Shown here piece after piece: positions 35,372-47,821 of a DNA stretch of 64,000 nt. Numbering within the stretch: position 1 is the stretch's first letter; each line of letters starts with the position of its first letter. Origin of the DNA: Escherichia coli (GTDB lineage Bacteria > Pseudomonadota > Gammaproteobacteria > Enterobacterales > Enterobacteriaceae); assembly GCF_044324785.1 (NCBI RefSeq), contig NZ_CP172127.1; one strand, written 5' to 3'. The translations under genes and the position numbers were made by a program. The notes beneath the pieces were generated by a model that had not been told where the DNA came from, did no database searches, and saw nothing but the letters and a program-made list of their open reading frames with translations.

Positions 35372-36178
35372 TTAACCGGCAGCTGTTTCAGTTTGATTAA
35401 ATTTGTCCGCAACCGGACGATTCGCTTTCGGCGTAGCATACCAATAACCCAATCCCATGAATACGGCACCTGATAAAGTATTACCCAGCGTCACCCACAG
35501 CAGGTTATGACCAATACCCGCCAGCGTGTAGGCTTCGCTGTGGTTGCCAAACCAGGAGAGGGCGAACAGCGTCATGTTAGCGATGGAGTGCTCGTAGCCG
35601 GACGCGATAAATGCCAGCAGACACCACCAGATAGCGATAAATTTCGCCGCCCCTTCAGTGCGCAGCGCCATCCAGATAGCCAGGCAAACCAGCCAGTTAC
35701 ACAATGCACCTTTGAAGAACAGTACCATTGCCGGTGCAGTGGTTTTAGCCAGCGCGACGGAGTGAACGATGCTGGTATCTACCGGCAGCAGGCTACCGCC
35801 ACCCCAGCTATAGAGCATGGCAACGAAGACGGAACCGACCAGGTTACCCAGCCAGGTTTGCGGCAGGATTGCCCACATTTGCCCGTGGCTGATAGTGCCT
35901 GCTTTCACCCCAAAGGTGAGGAACATGGTGTGTCCGGTGAACAGTTCAGAACCAGCAATAATGACCAGCGTTAAGGCGATACCAAAGGTCGCACCCATCA
36001 CCAGAGGACGTACGGACGGATCGAGCAAATTACCGAGCGTGAAAATCAGGATGATCCCAAGACCCACATACGCCCCCGCCATGGCGGAGCTGACCCAGAA
36101 GCCGAGCGGGTTATTTGCCGACAGGCGTGCAATGCGCGCAGCGTTAGCCGCACACTTATTAATAGTGTCTGTAAACAT
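35372..36178 (-). CDS. nirC: nitrite transporter (formate/nitrite transporter family)
   Basis: ORF track 268 aa, polytopic membrane protein. Confidence 0.93.
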   Translation of the reverse strand: MFTDTINKCAANAARIARLSANNPLGFWVSSAMAGAYVGLGIILIFTLGNLLDPSVRPLVMGATFGIALTLVIIAGSELFTGHTMFLTFGVKAGTISHGQMWAILPQTWLGNLVGSVFVAMLYSWGGGSLLPVDTSIVHSVALAKTTAPAMVLFFKGALCNWLVCLAIWMALRTEGAAKFIAIWWCLLAFIASGYEHSIANMTLFALSWFGNHSEAYTLAGIGHNLLWVTLGNTLSGAVFMGLGYWYATPKANRPVADKFNQTETAAG

Positions 36179-36304
36179 TTGATTATCCTTAAAAAAATAA
36201 AAACAAAAAAATAAAACAAAAAGTTTAAAAAATGTCCTGCAATATACCGAAGGTTATTACAGGACCATGCAAAAAGGGGAGGCATTGCGCCTCCTGTTAA
36301 AACA

Positions 36305-36631
36305 TTAACCGCGCAGCTGTACCACGCCGTCTTTCACTCGTGCTTCGTAGTGCTTGACGGAAAACTGTTCGTCTTCCATGCACAAGCCGTCGCTTAAGCG
36401 AAAACGCTGTTTTTTCAGCGGGCTGGCGACCCACAGCTCGCCCTGATGTTCCGCAATCAGCCCGCGTGACAGCACGCTGGACTCGAAGAACGGATCGATG
36501 TTGCTGATCGCAAACACCTGGTCGCTGTGATATGGGCGGAAAATCGCGACCTGCTCGTCACCTAACAGCGCGCAGACGCCGGTTTCAGGCAGGATGTCAT
36601 CGATTTTGCAGATGTCTTTCCACTGGCTCAT
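36305..36631 (-). CDS. nirD: nitrite reductase small subunit (Rieske-like)
   Basis: ORF track 108 aa; overlaps the nirB stop. Confidence 0.93.
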   Translation of the reverse strand: MSQWKDICKIDDILPETGVCALLGDEQVAIFRPYHSDQVFAISNIDPFFESSVLSRGLIAEHQGELWVASPLKKQRFRLSDGLCMEDEQFSVKHYEARVKDGVVQLRG

Positions 36632-39171
36632 GCGTTGTCCTCCACCAGAGTTACCGGGATACGTTCATACGGCGTTGCCGGACGGTGCTGTTCGCGCTCT
36701 GGCACCATCTGCACGTTCGGGTCACGCTTGTCGCTGTTGATGAAGTGTTTGAAGCGAGTCTGCGCAGACGGCGTATTGACCGTTTCAGTCCACTCACACA
36801 CTACCGCTTCACGCAGGCGCGCCATCTCTTCTTCCAGATGAGCGTTCAGCCCCAGTTTGTCGTCAATGATCACCGCTTTCAGGTAATCGATGCCGCCTTC
36901 GAGGTTTTCTAACCACGGTGCGGTACGCGTCAGTTTGTCGGCAGTACGGATGTAGAACATCATGAAGCGGTCGAGATATTTGATCAGCGTTTCGCGATCG
37001 ATATCCGCCGCCAGCAGATCCGCATGACGCGGTTTCATGCCGCCGTTACCGCAAACATACAGGTTCCAGCCTTTTTCAGTGGCGATAATACCCACGTCTT
37101 TACCCTGAGCTTCTGAACATTCACGGGTACAGCCGGAGACACCGAACTTCATTTTGTGCGGCGTACGGATGCCTTTGTAGCGGTTTTCCAGTTCCACGCC
37201 GAGGCCCACGCTATCGCCCACGCCGTAGCGGCACCAGGTGCTACCCACGCAGGTTTTCGCCATACGCAGTGCTTTCGCATAGGCATGACCGGTTTCGAAG
37301 CCGGCTTCAATCAGCTGACGCCAGATCTCCGGCAGATCGTCTTTCTGTGCGCCAAACATCGCCAGGCGCTGGGAGCCGGTGATTTTGGTGTAGAGATTAA
37401 ATTCACGCGCGATACGACCCACCGCCATCAGCCCTTCCGGGGTGATTTCACCGCCCGGAGAACGCGGGATCACCGAGTAGGTGCCGTCTTTCTGGATGTT
37501 AGCGAGGAAGTTATCGTTAGAATCCTGCAGCGGAGTATGTTCCGGCTTCAGAATGTATTCGTTCCAGCAGGAGGCCAGCAGCGAACCGACGGTCGGTTTA
37601 CAAACTTCACAACCGTAGCCTTTGCCGTGTTTCGCCAGCAGTTCTTCGAAGGTTTTAATGCCTTCAACGCGGATTAAATGGAACAGTTCCTGACGCGAAT
37701 AAGCAAAGTGTTCGCACAGGTTGTTGTTAACTTCGATGCCCTGTTTCGCCAGTTCCGCGTTCAGTACCTGAGTGACCAGCGGGATACAGCCACCGCAGCC
37801 AGTACCCGCTTTGGTTTCAGCTTTCAGCGCCGCAACGGTGTGGCAGCCTTTGTTGATAGCAGCAATCAGGTCGCCTTTGGTGACGTCGAAGCAGGAGCAG
37901 ATTTGCGCGCTGTCCGGCAGTTTATCAACACCGATAGACGGCTTACCGCTACCAGAGTGCGCCGGCAGAATCAGAGAATCCGGGTTTTCCGGCAGCTCGA
38001 TAGCGTTCAGCACCAGTTGCAGCAGGTTACCGTAGTCGCTGGTATCGCCCACCAGTACCGCACCGAGCAGGGTTTTGTTGTCTTCGCTGACAATCAGGCG
38101 TTTGTAGATCTCTTTGCTTTCGTCGAGGTAAACGTAGCTACGTGCGCCAGGCGTGCGACCGTGCGCATCACCAATACCGCCTACGTCTACGCCCAGCAGT
38201 TTCAGCTTGGCGCTAAGGTCAGCACCTTCAAAGGCGTTTTCGCTGCCAAGAATATGGTCAACGGCGACCTGCGCCATTTTGTAGCCTGGTGCTACCAGAC
38301 CAAATACACGGTTGTTCCAGCTTGCGCATTCACCGATGGCGTAGATATCCGGATCGGAAGTCTGGCAGGAATCATTTATGACGATACCCCCACGCGGAGC
38401 AACGTCCAGACCACACTGGGTTGCCAGCTTATCGCGCGGACGGATACCGGTAGAGAAGACGATAAAGTCGACTTCCAGTTCGCTGCCGTCGGCAAAACGC
38501 ATGGTTTTACGCGCTTCAACACCTTCCTGCACAATCTCAAGGGTGTTTTTGCTGGTGTGAACGCGCACGCCCATACTTTCGATTTTGCGACGCAGCTGCT
38601 CGCCGCCCATCTGATCAAGCTGTTCCGCCATCAGCATAGGGGCAAATTCGATAACGTGGGTTTCAATACCTAAGTTTTTCAGCGCGCCAGCGGCTTCCAG
38701 ACCTAACAGGCCGCCGCCAACAACGGCACCACGTTTGCTGCGACGGGCGCAGGATTCAATGGCGTTGAGGTCTTCAATGGTGCGGTAGACAAAGCAGTCC
38801 TGGGTATCAGAACCTTTAATTGGCGGGATCCACGGGTAGGAACCGGTCGCCATGATCAGCTTGTCATAAAAAACGGTGCGCCCGGCGCTGGAGTGAATCA
38901 CCTTCTCCTGACGGTTGATGGTGATAGCGCGTTCGCCGACCAGAACTTTGATACCGTGTTTCTCGTAGAAGCCTTCGCGCACCAGCGACAGCTCTTCGGC
39001 GGTGTGGTGAGAGAAGTAAGACGAGAGGTGTACGCGGTCATAAGCGATGCGCGGTTCTTCACAGAAAACGGTAATATCAAAGTTGGCCGCATCAGATTTA
39101 TCAAGAAGATCTTCGATAAAGCGATGGCCGACCATACCGTTACCGATAATTGCGAGTCTGACTTTGCTCAT
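36628..39171 (-). CDS. nirB: NADH-dependent nitrite reductase large subunit
   Basis: ORF track 847 aa; N-terminal FAD/NAD fold MSKVRLAIIGNGMVGHRF. Confidence 0.96.
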   Translation of the reverse strand: MSKVRLAIIGNGMVGHRFIEDLLDKSDAANFDITVFCEEPRIAYDRVHLSSYFSHHTAEELSLVREGFYEKHGIKVLVGERAITINRQEKVIHSSAGRTVFYDKLIMATGSYPWIPPIKGSDTQDCFVYRTIEDLNAIESCARRSKRGAVVGGGLLGLEAAGALKNLGIETHVIEFAPMLMAEQLDQMGGEQLRRKIESMGVRVHTSKNTLEIVQEGVEARKTMRFADGSELEVDFIVFSTGIRPRDKLATQCGLDVAPRGGIVINDSCQTSDPDIYAIGECASWNNRVFGLVAPGYKMAQVAVDHILGSENAFEGADLSAKLKLLGVDVGGIGDAHGRTPGARSYVYLDESKEIYKRLIVSEDNKTLLGAVLVGDTSDYGNLLQLVLNAIELPENPDSLILPAHSGSGKPSIGVDKLPDSAQICSCFDVTKGDLIAAINKGCHTVAALKAETKAGTGCGGCIPLVTQVLNAELAKQGIEVNNNLCEHFAYSRQELFHLIRVEGIKTFEELLAKHGKGYGCEVCKPTVGSLLASCWNEYILKPEHTPLQDSNDNFLANIQKDGTYSVIPRSPGGEITPEGLMAVGRIAREFNLYTKITGSQRLAMFGAQKDDLPEIWRQLIEAGFETGHAYAKALRMAKTCVGSTWCRYGVGDSVGLGVELENRYKGIRTPHKMKFGVSGCTRECSEAQGKDVGIIATEKGWNLYVCGNGGMKPRHADLLAADIDRETLIKYLDRFMMFYIRTADKLTRTAPWLENLEGGIDYLKAVIIDDKLGLNAHLEEEMARLREAVVCEWTETVNTPSAQTRFKHFINSDKRDPNVQMVPEREQHRPATPYERIPVTLVEDNA

Positions 39172-39229
39172 TTTTGCCTCGATTTCTTTTCTATTACCGC
39201 CTACCTTAACGATTCAGCAACCCCGCTTA

Positions 39230-39243
39230 TTGATGTAAATCAA
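39230..39243 (-). promoter_or_regulatory. FNR box of the nirB promoter
   Basis: TTGAT-GTAA-ATCAA, exact match to FNR consensus TTGAT-N4-ATCAA, about 65 nt upstream of the nirB start codon. Confidence 0.85.
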
Positions 39244-39256
39244 ATTCACCTTTATA

Positions 39257-39272
39257 TACTCCTTAAGGGGTA
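39257..39272 (-). promoter_or_regulatory. NarL/NarP 7-2-7 heptamer pair of the nirB promoter
   Basis: TACTCCT-TA-AGGGGTA inverted heptamers, centred 28 bp upstream of the FNR box centre. Confidence 0.75.
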
Positions 39273-39432
39273 TATTGCTGATTTGTATAAATTTTCTTAA
39301 GTCACGGAATTGTCTGACATTTCATGTTTGTGCAAAAAACAGACAAAATGAACGGGTTTATAGAAATAGATGTACGTAGCAGGGTAAGAGAGGAAAAGGC
39401 CGGACGACGATAGCGCCGCCCGGCATGAGCAA

Positions 39433-40614
39433 TTAATGAGAGGTCAGGGTGTTATGCTGACGGTGACGGCTGACGAAACCTAACAGGAAGCACATCACAA
39501 AGACGACAGCGTACAGACCGTTTGCTGTAAGCAGTGCCGCCTGCGGACCGCTATGTTCAACAATCGGGCCGGTAACCACAAAGGTCAACATAGTACCGAT
39601 GGTCCCGCAGGTCAGGACAAAGTTAACCAGTTTTGGCGACGGTACTTTGGTCTGCTGTGAACCCAGGGTGATGATGGTGGTATAGATCGCGCTGGAGAAG
39701 AAGCCCAGGGCGAGAATTGACCACGCCATATGTGCCGGTGTTCCGGTGTTAAAGACGTACATCAGAATCGCAGCCAGACCAGCCAGTACGGTCAGGATAC
39801 GTTGCAAATCAAAGAAGCGAAGAATAAAGCTGAACGCCCACATGCCGACCATATATGACATCCAGAAGTTACTCACCAGCGTGCCCGCGTCGTTCAGGCT
39901 CATGCCCAGGCCTTTGGCATACTCCGGCACCCAGGAGATAAAACCTAACTGACCGAGGATGTAGCACAGCGCCGCAACAGAGAGAAACAGCACGCCGATC
40001 CCCCATTTTTCTTTCACTACCGGAGCATCCGTTTTTGGCGCATGTTTGCCCAGCGCCGGGAACTCACAACCGAAGGTCAGAATAAAAATAGCGACATACA
40101 CCAGCCCGATGCAGGCATAAACCCAGTACCACTCAATGCTGCGCGCCAGTAGAAACGCGGCGATCATTGGGAAAATCATCCCAGCCATACTGAAGAAGGA
40201 GTCGGTAAATAACAGGCGGGAACCGCGCTGACGCCCTTCATACATTTGTGTTATCAGGAATGTACCAATCGACATGGTGATGCCGCTGACCACCCCGAGA
40301 ATGAACATCGCCGCCGAGAACAGCGCCAGGCTGTGGCTGAACATCAAACCGGCAACCGCCAGCACCATCAGGAGAAAGCCAAAACGTAACTGCGTTTTCA
40401 ACGGGACGATTTCCATCAGCCAGGCGTTGAGGAAGATAGAGATTAAAATGCCGGCGTTGAGGAAGGTGAAGGTATTACTCATACTGGAAACAGGCAGATT
40501 GAAATAATCGGCGATATTTCCCATCACCATCCCGGTGACAATAACCAACGCACCGGTCAGTGCGTAGGAGAGAAAGCTAATCCATGTGAGCTTGATGCGA
40601 TTGCTGTTAGTCAT
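39433..40614 (-). CDS. tsgA: MFS-type membrane transporter
   Basis: ORF track 393 aa, polytopic. Confidence 0.88.
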   Translation of the reverse strand: MTNSNRIKLTWISFLSYALTGALVIVTGMVMGNIADYFNLPVSSMSNTFTFLNAGILISIFLNAWLMEIVPLKTQLRFGFLLMVLAVAGLMFSHSLALFSAAMFILGVVSGITMSIGTFLITQMYEGRQRGSRLLFTDSFFSMAGMIFPMIAAFLLARSIEWYWVYACIGLVYVAIFILTFGCEFPALGKHAPKTDAPVVKEKWGIGVLFLSVAALCYILGQLGFISWVPEYAKGLGMSLNDAGTLVSNFWMSYMVGMWAFSFILRFFDLQRILTVLAGLAAILMYVFNTGTPAHMAWSILALGFFSSAIYTTIITLGSQQTKVPSPKLVNFVLTCGTIGTMLTFVVTGPIVEHSGPQAALLTANGLYAVVFVMCFLLGFVSRHRQHNTLTSH

Positions 40615-40875
40615 GATTGGCCTGCGTTCAAAAATAAAATGGCATAGCGGGATATGCCGCGAGCGGGCGATTTTAGGTGATTTTGTGATCTGTTTAAATG
40701 TTTTATTGCAATCGGTTGCTAAATTGCATTTTAAGAGGTGATTTTGATCGCAGAATAAAAAGTGATCGTCAGGTTACATATATTTCAGATACGTAAAATT
40801 AGGTAAAGGGATGGCCTTGTTCTTGAAGGCTATTTAGAATCTCTTCACTTGCTTTTTTTCTGCTCTGTTTGTTAA

Positions 40876-41457
<582 letters not shown>

Positions 41458-41466
41458 TGATTTCTC

Positions 41467-41488
41467 GCGCGGGCAATCTTGCCCGCGC
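41467..41488 (+). terminator. GC-rich hairpin downstream of ppiA (probable terminator, weak U-tract)
   Basis: gcgcgggc aatctt gcccgcgc, 10 nt after the ppiA stop. Confidence 0.55.
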
Positions 41489-41561
41489 TTCTGCTCTCCC
41501 GGCGTAACCCGGATTTGCCGCTTATACTTGTGGCAAATGGACACGTTCAGGGAGGCATCAA

Positions 41562-41729
41562 GTGAAGAAACTCACCGATAAGCAAAAGTCCCGTCTCTGG
41601 GAACTTCAGCGTAATCGTAATTTCCAGGCCAGTCGCCGTCTTGAAGGCGTCGAGATGCCTTTAGTCACTCTTACTGCCGCAGAGGCTTTAGCGCGCCTTG
41701 AAGAGCTGAGGAGGCACTATGAGCGATAA
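41562..41729 (+). CDS. yhfG: small protein YhfG (55 aa), candidate Fic antitoxin/inhibitor
   Basis: GTG start preceded by ggagg SD; translation [55 protein letters not shown]; overlaps the fic start by 11 nt. Confidence 0.8.
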   Translation: MKKLTDKQKSRLWELQRNRNFQASRRLEGVEMPLVTLTAAEALARLEELRRHYER

Positions 41730-42321
41730 ATTCGGCGAAGGGCGCGATCCGTATCTTTATCCTGGCCTTGATATCATGCGTAACCGGCTGAACATCCGCC
41801 AGCAGCAGCGGCTGGAACAGGCCGCTTACGAAATGACGGCGCTGCGTGCTGCGACCATTGAGCTTGGTCCGCTGGTGCGCGGTTTACCGCATTTGCGCAC
41901 TATCCATCGCCAGCTGTATCAGGATATTTTCGACTGGGCAGGGCAACTGCGTGAAGTTGATATTTATCAGGGCGATACGCCGTTCTGCCACTTTGCCTAT
42001 ATCGAAAAAGAGGGCAATGCCCTGATGCAGGATCTGGAGGAAGAAGGTTATCTGGTTGGCCTGGATAAAGCGAAGTTCGTCGAGCGGCTGGCACATTACT
42101 ATTGTGAAATCAACGTGCTGCATCCCTTCCGTGTGGGAAGCGGACTGGCACAGCGGATCTTCTTCGAGCAGCTGGCGATTCATGCGGGCTACCAACTGAG
42201 CTGGCAGGGTATCGAAAAAGAGGCCTGGAATCAGGCAAATCAGAGTGGGGCAATGGGGGATCTCACCGCGCTGCAGATGATATTTAGCAAAGTGGTAAGC
42301 GAAGCCGGGGAATCTGAGTAA
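41719..42321 (+). CDS. fic: Fic-domain protein
   Basis: ORF track 200 aa; Fic-like motif [12 protein letters not shown] at residues 135-146. Confidence 0.9.
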   Translation: MSDKFGEGRDPYLYPGLDIMRNRLNIRQQQRLEQAAYEMTALRAATIELGPLVRGLPHLRTIHRQLYQDIFDWAGQLREVDIYQGDTPFCHFAYIEKEGNALMQDLEEEGYLVGLDKAKFVERLAHYYCEINVLHPFRVGSGLAQRIFFEQLAIHAGYQLSWQGIEKEAWNQANQSGAMGDLTALQMIFSKVVSEAGESE

Positions 42322-42352
42322 AATAGCGCGGTTCTTTCGTACCGGAGCCGCC

Positions 42353-42916
42353 ATGATCCTGCTTATAGATAACTACGATTCTTTTACCTGGAACCTCTAC
42401 CAGTACTTTTGTGAACTGGGGGCGGATGTGCTGGTTAAGCGCAACGATGCGTTGACGCTGGCGGATATCGACGCCCTTAAACCACAAAAAATTGTCATCT
42501 CACCCGGACCCTGTACGCCAGATGAAGCCGGGATCTCCCTTGACGTTATTCGCCACTATGCCGGGTGCTTGCCGATTCTTGGCGTTTGCCTCGGTCATCA
42601 GGCAATGGCGCAGGCATTTGGCGGTAAAGTTGTGCGCGCCGCAAAGGTCATGCACGGCAAAACCTCGCCGATTACACATAACGGTGAGGGCGTATTTCGG
42701 GGGCTGGCAAATCCACTTACCGTGACACGCTACCATTCGCTGGTGGTGGAACCTGACTCATTACCAGCGTGCTTTGAAGTGACGGCCTGGAGCGAAACCC
42801 GCGAGATTATGGGGATTCGCCATCGCCAGTGGGATCTGGAAGGTGTGCAGTTCCACCCGGAAAGTATTCTCAGCGAACAAGGACATCAACTGCTGGCTAA
42901 TTTCCTGCATCGCTGA
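42353..42916 (+). CDS. pabA: aminodeoxychorismate synthase, glutamine amidotransferase subunit
   Basis: ORF track 187 aa; class I GATase motifs (ILGVCLGHQ). Confidence 0.95.
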   Translation: MILLIDNYDSFTWNLYQYFCELGADVLVKRNDALTLADIDALKPQKIVISPGPCTPDEAGISLDVIRHYAGCLPILGVCLGHQAMAQAFGGKVVRAAKVMHGKTSPITHNGEGVFRGLANPLTVTRYHSLVVEPDSLPACFEVTAWSETREIMGIRHRQWDLEGVQFHPESILSEQGHQLLANFLHR

Positions 42917-42986
42917 TTTCTGATTGCTATTAAGTGATTTTTTATGCATATTTTGTGATTGTAATTTCATGTTGGTTTATGCGTAA

Positions 42987-44225
<1,239 letters not shown>

Positions 44226-44245
44226 GACGCATCAGGCAAAAGATG

Positions 44246-44276
44246 TCGGATGCGGCGTGAACGCTGTATCCGATGG
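44246..44276. repeat. degenerate REP-like palindrome between convergent argD and yhfK
   Basis: gtcggatgcggcgtgaacgctgtatccgat. Confidence 0.5.
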
Positions 44277-44287
44277 TTTAGCCTGCA

Positions 44288-46378
44288 TTACGCCTTCGAA
44301 TCCCGCAACTTGCGACTCAGCCAAATCCCGTGATGCGGTCGCTGACGCCATGCCATCGACGAAATGGTGTGCATGGTGTTCAGATGACCAATAACCCGCT
44401 GTAAATGCTGCTCCAGCGTACCTGCCGCGCCTTCGTGCGGCTGCATCTCCGGCGCATCCATGATATTGGCATCGCCGGAACTACCCGGTTCGTCATACTC
44501 CAGTCGCTGCTGACAACGCTGAATGGCGATTTCACAAGACTGTAAATACTCTTGTGCCAGTTCAGGTGGCAATGCCCGGTGTTCCCGCGCCAGCGTGGTC
44601 ATGGCATTAATATGCTCAACAATAAACTGGCTGTGCGTTACCCACAGTTTCATATCTGCCAGATAATGGCTGTTAAACGCCGGTTCCTGCATCGCCTGAT
44701 TCAATGAGTTATACAGAGTGTTATGCGCCTGATTTACCCGCATTCGCTGCCAGGCCAGTGGCGTAGGTTGCGGGTCCTCGCTCAGAATCAAGCGAATTGC
44801 TTCCTGATAGGCTTCTAAAGCGTCATGGGCGTTCTTACGCAATAACCCGCTCTGCCACTGCGGCCACAGCCAGACGGTACCACCGAAAGCAATTAAACAA
44901 CCAATAATGGTATCAATAAGACGTGGAAGGATGTACTGCTCACCGTTCAACCACAACAGTTGCAGGGTATACACTGCGGTAATGGTAAAACCGACCGTCG
45001 CCCAGCCGTAGTTTTTGCGCAATATCAGGTAGCTGGCGAGGGTGGTAATCAGCATCAACGTCAGGGTGTAACCTTCGGGAATTTTAAAGTGCAGGGCAAC
45101 GCCCGCAATGATTAACCCGACCACGGTTCCCACGGAGCGATTCACAATCCTCAGACGGGTTGCGCCATAGCCATTTTGCGTCACCAGCAATACCGTCATC
45201 AGGATCCAGTACGACTTCGGCAGATGCAGCGCGGTGCCCATCAGGCTGGCAACGCTTAACATCACACTGAGTCGTCCGGCATTGCGTAGCGCCGGAGACT
45301 TTAGTGACAGATAACTTTTCAGTGCCGGAAGTAACGGCATTCGCCGCTGTTTATCGGCCAGTAAGTCACGGGCATAGAGCGGTTTTTGGGTGCGCAGCAC
45401 GCGGGCGATGCGGCTGAAATGCCAATAGCAGAATTGCCCAACCGGATTATCCGGATGCTGGCGGGCGATTTTTTCCAGTGCGCCAATTTGCTTTTCCATC
45501 GTAAAACGCGTCGGCAGGCGATGGTAAAGAATGTCATCAGCCAGCACGCGCAGGCGAGCGGCGACGGTTTGCGCATTCCAGCGGATAACTTCTTCTGCAT
45601 GGCTACGCTCGACCAGCTTTTGCACCTCTTCCGGCTGATGCAAACTGACCGAAATATGTTCCTGCAAATCCAGCGCCTCCTGGAAAATACGCAGCATCCG
45701 CTTGTAATCGTTATTATTTTGCGCGGAAAGCATATGCATTTGCTGATAGCACTGGGTAATTAGATCGACCGCTTTTTGCTGGCGCACCAGCAGCGGCGGC
45801 AGCGCTTTTTCAGGGTCGGTGTGCTGGGTAAGCAGGCTGTATTTGGCTTCACAATAATCTGCCAGTTCACGGTACAGCAGACTTAGTGACTCGCGCAGCG
45901 GTTGTTCGCGCCAGATCCAGAACCAAAACCAGTTAAACAATCCGTACCAGAGAGTGCCCAACGCATAGATGAGCAACGGTTCCCAGACCGGCATGTATCC
46001 CGCCAGACTGAGGGTAAAAATGGCGGCGAGCAGCGATGCGGGAAGCAATTTTGCGTGCAATGGCCCCAGCTCAGCAGTGACGCCAAGTACCAGCGTTAGT
46101 CCAGTCAGCAAAAAGGGCAAGGGAACATCTTTTGCCAGTAACAGCTGTGTCAGCAAGCTACAGGTGGCAAACAGCGACGCACCAATGATTAAGCGTTTGA
46201 AAAAACGTTTATGAGGCGTATCAAGGCCCGCAATATTGCAACAGGCAGGAACGAGGGAGAAGAGCAGACCGAATCGTAATTCGCCAAGCATTAACCCAAT
46301 GGCCACGGGCAAACATAGCACCAGCGTTTGTCGCAGTGCATAGTTAATATCGGGGTGATAAATCAGTCTGCGCCACAT
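44288..46378 (-). CDS. yhfK: large uncharacterised inner-membrane protein
   Basis: ORF track 700 aa (TTG-initiated), trimmed to the ATG giving MWRRLIYHPD. Confidence 0.85.
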   Translation of the reverse strand: MWRRLIYHPDINYALRQTLVLCLPVAIGLMLGELRFGLLFSLVPACCNIAGLDTPHKRFFKRLIIGASLFATCSLLTQLLLAKDVPLPFLLTGLTLVLGVTAELGPLHAKLLPASLLAAIFTLSLAGYMPVWEPLLIYALGTLWYGLFNWFWFWIWREQPLRESLSLLYRELADYCEAKYSLLTQHTDPEKALPPLLVRQQKAVDLITQCYQQMHMLSAQNNNDYKRMLRIFQEALDLQEHISVSLHQPEEVQKLVERSHAEEVIRWNAQTVAARLRVLADDILYHRLPTRFTMEKQIGALEKIARQHPDNPVGQFCYWHFSRIARVLRTQKPLYARDLLADKQRRMPLLPALKSYLSLKSPALRNAGRLSVMLSVASLMGTALHLPKSYWILMTVLLVTQNGYGATRLRIVNRSVGTVVGLIIAGVALHFKIPEGYTLTLMLITTLASYLILRKNYGWATVGFTITAVYTLQLLWLNGEQYILPRLIDTIIGCLIAFGGTVWLWPQWQSGLLRKNAHDALEAYQEAIRLILSEDPQPTPLAWQRMRVNQAHNTLYNSLNQAMQEPAFNSHYLADMKLWVTHSQFIVEHINAMTTLAREHRALPPELAQEYLQSCEIAIQRCQQRLEYDEPGSSGDANIMDAPEMQPHEGAAGTLEQHLQRVIGHLNTMHTISSMAWRQRPHHGIWLSRKLRDSKA

Positions 46379-46380
46379 CG

Positions 46381-46416
46381 GGGGAAACAAAATGGCGCGC
46401 TACCAGGTAACGCGCC
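46381..46416 (-). terminator. crp rho-independent terminator
   Basis: On - strand: GGCGCG-ttacctggta-CGCGCC followed by attttgtttcccc, 13 nt after the crp stop. Confidence 0.85.
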
Positions 46417-46428
46417 ACTCCGACGGGA

Positions 46429-47061
46429 TTAACGAGTGCCGTAAACGACGATGGTTTTACCGTGTGCGGAGATCAGGTTCTGATCTTCCAGCATCTTCAG
46501 AATGCGTCCCACGGTTTCACGAGAACAGCCAACAATCTGACCGATTTCCTGACGGGTAATTTTGATTTGCATACCGTCCGGGTGAGTCATAGCATCCGGT
46601 TGTTTTGCCAGGTTCAGCAGAGTCTGTGCAATGCGGCCCGTCACGTCGAGGAACGCCAGGTTGCCCACTTTCTCTGAAGTGACTTGCAGGCGACGCGCCA
46701 TCTGTGCAGACAGACGCATCAGAATGTCCGGGTTTACCTGAATCAATTGGCGAAATTTTTTGTACGAAATTTCAGCCACTTCACAGGCGGTTTTCGCACG
46801 TACCCATGCGCTACGTTCCTGGCCCTCTTCAAACAGGCCCAGTTCGCCAATAAAATCACCCTGATTCAGATAGGAGAGGATCATTTCTTTACCCTCTTCG
46901 TCTTTGATCAGCACTGCCACAGAGCCTTTAACGATGTAGTACAGCGTTTCCGCTTTTTCACCCTGGTGAATAAGCGTGCTCTTGGATGGGTACTTATGAA
47001 TGTGGCAATGAGACAAGAACCATTCGAGAGTCGGGTCTGTTTGCGGTTTGCCAAGCACCAT
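46429..47061 (-). CDS. crp: cAMP receptor protein
   Basis: ORF track 210 aa, [50 protein letters not shown]... Confidence 0.98.
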
Positions 47062-47362
47062 GCGCGGTTATCCTCTGTTATAAGCTTTCTCCAGAGCCAG
47101 ATAACGCCGCTGTCTCTGGATTGCCGAAATATGCTTCCCGCTACCTGGGAAGGGGCTATCAACTGTACTGCACGGTAATGTGACGTCCTTTGCATACATG
47201 CAGTACATCAATGTATTACTGTAGCATCCTGACTGTTTTAGCATAGCTTTCGCTTTGTGTCTCCTGGTGTCTCGCTTCAGCATGACCCAGGTCGCCTTCC
47301 GTTGCGCGATTTGGTTAGTACGCGTACTCTGTCAGGAAAATTGACGCAGTGGAGTAGCAAAA

Positions 47363-47767
47363 ATGCAAGCGCGAGTGAAGTGGGTCGAAGGGTTAACTTT
47401 TCTGGGCGAATCCGCCTCTGGTCACCAGATTTTAATGGACGGCAACTCAGGCGATAAAGCACCAAGTCCGATGGAAATGGTGTTGATGGCGGCGGGTGGT
47501 TGCAGTGCCATTGATGTGGTTTCTATTCTGCAAAAAGGGCGTCAGGATGTGGTCGATTGTGAAGTAAAATTGACCTCTGAACGCCGCGAAGAGGCACCAC
47601 GCCTGTTTACGCACATTAATCTGCATTTTATCGTCACCGGTCGCGACCTGAAAGACGCAGCGGTTGCGCGTGCGGTAGATCTCTCTGCCGAGAAATATTG
47701 TTCAGTGGCGTTGATGCTGGAAAAAGCGGTGAATATTACTCACTCGTATGAAGTGGTTGCCGCGTGA
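47363..47767 (+). CDS. yhfA: OsmC-family protein
   Basis: ORF track 134 aa; divergent from crp. Confidence 0.88.
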   Translation: MQARVKWVEGLTFLGESASGHQILMDGNSGDKAPSPMEMVLMAAGGCSAIDVVSILQKGRQDVVDCEVKLTSERREEAPRLFTHINLHFIVTGRDLKDAAVARAVDLSAEKYCSVALMLEKAVNITHSYEVVAA

Positions 47768-47821
47768 TTTAACTATCCCATTGTGAAGCCGGATAGTATT
47801 TTATCCGGCGTAATAGCAAAG

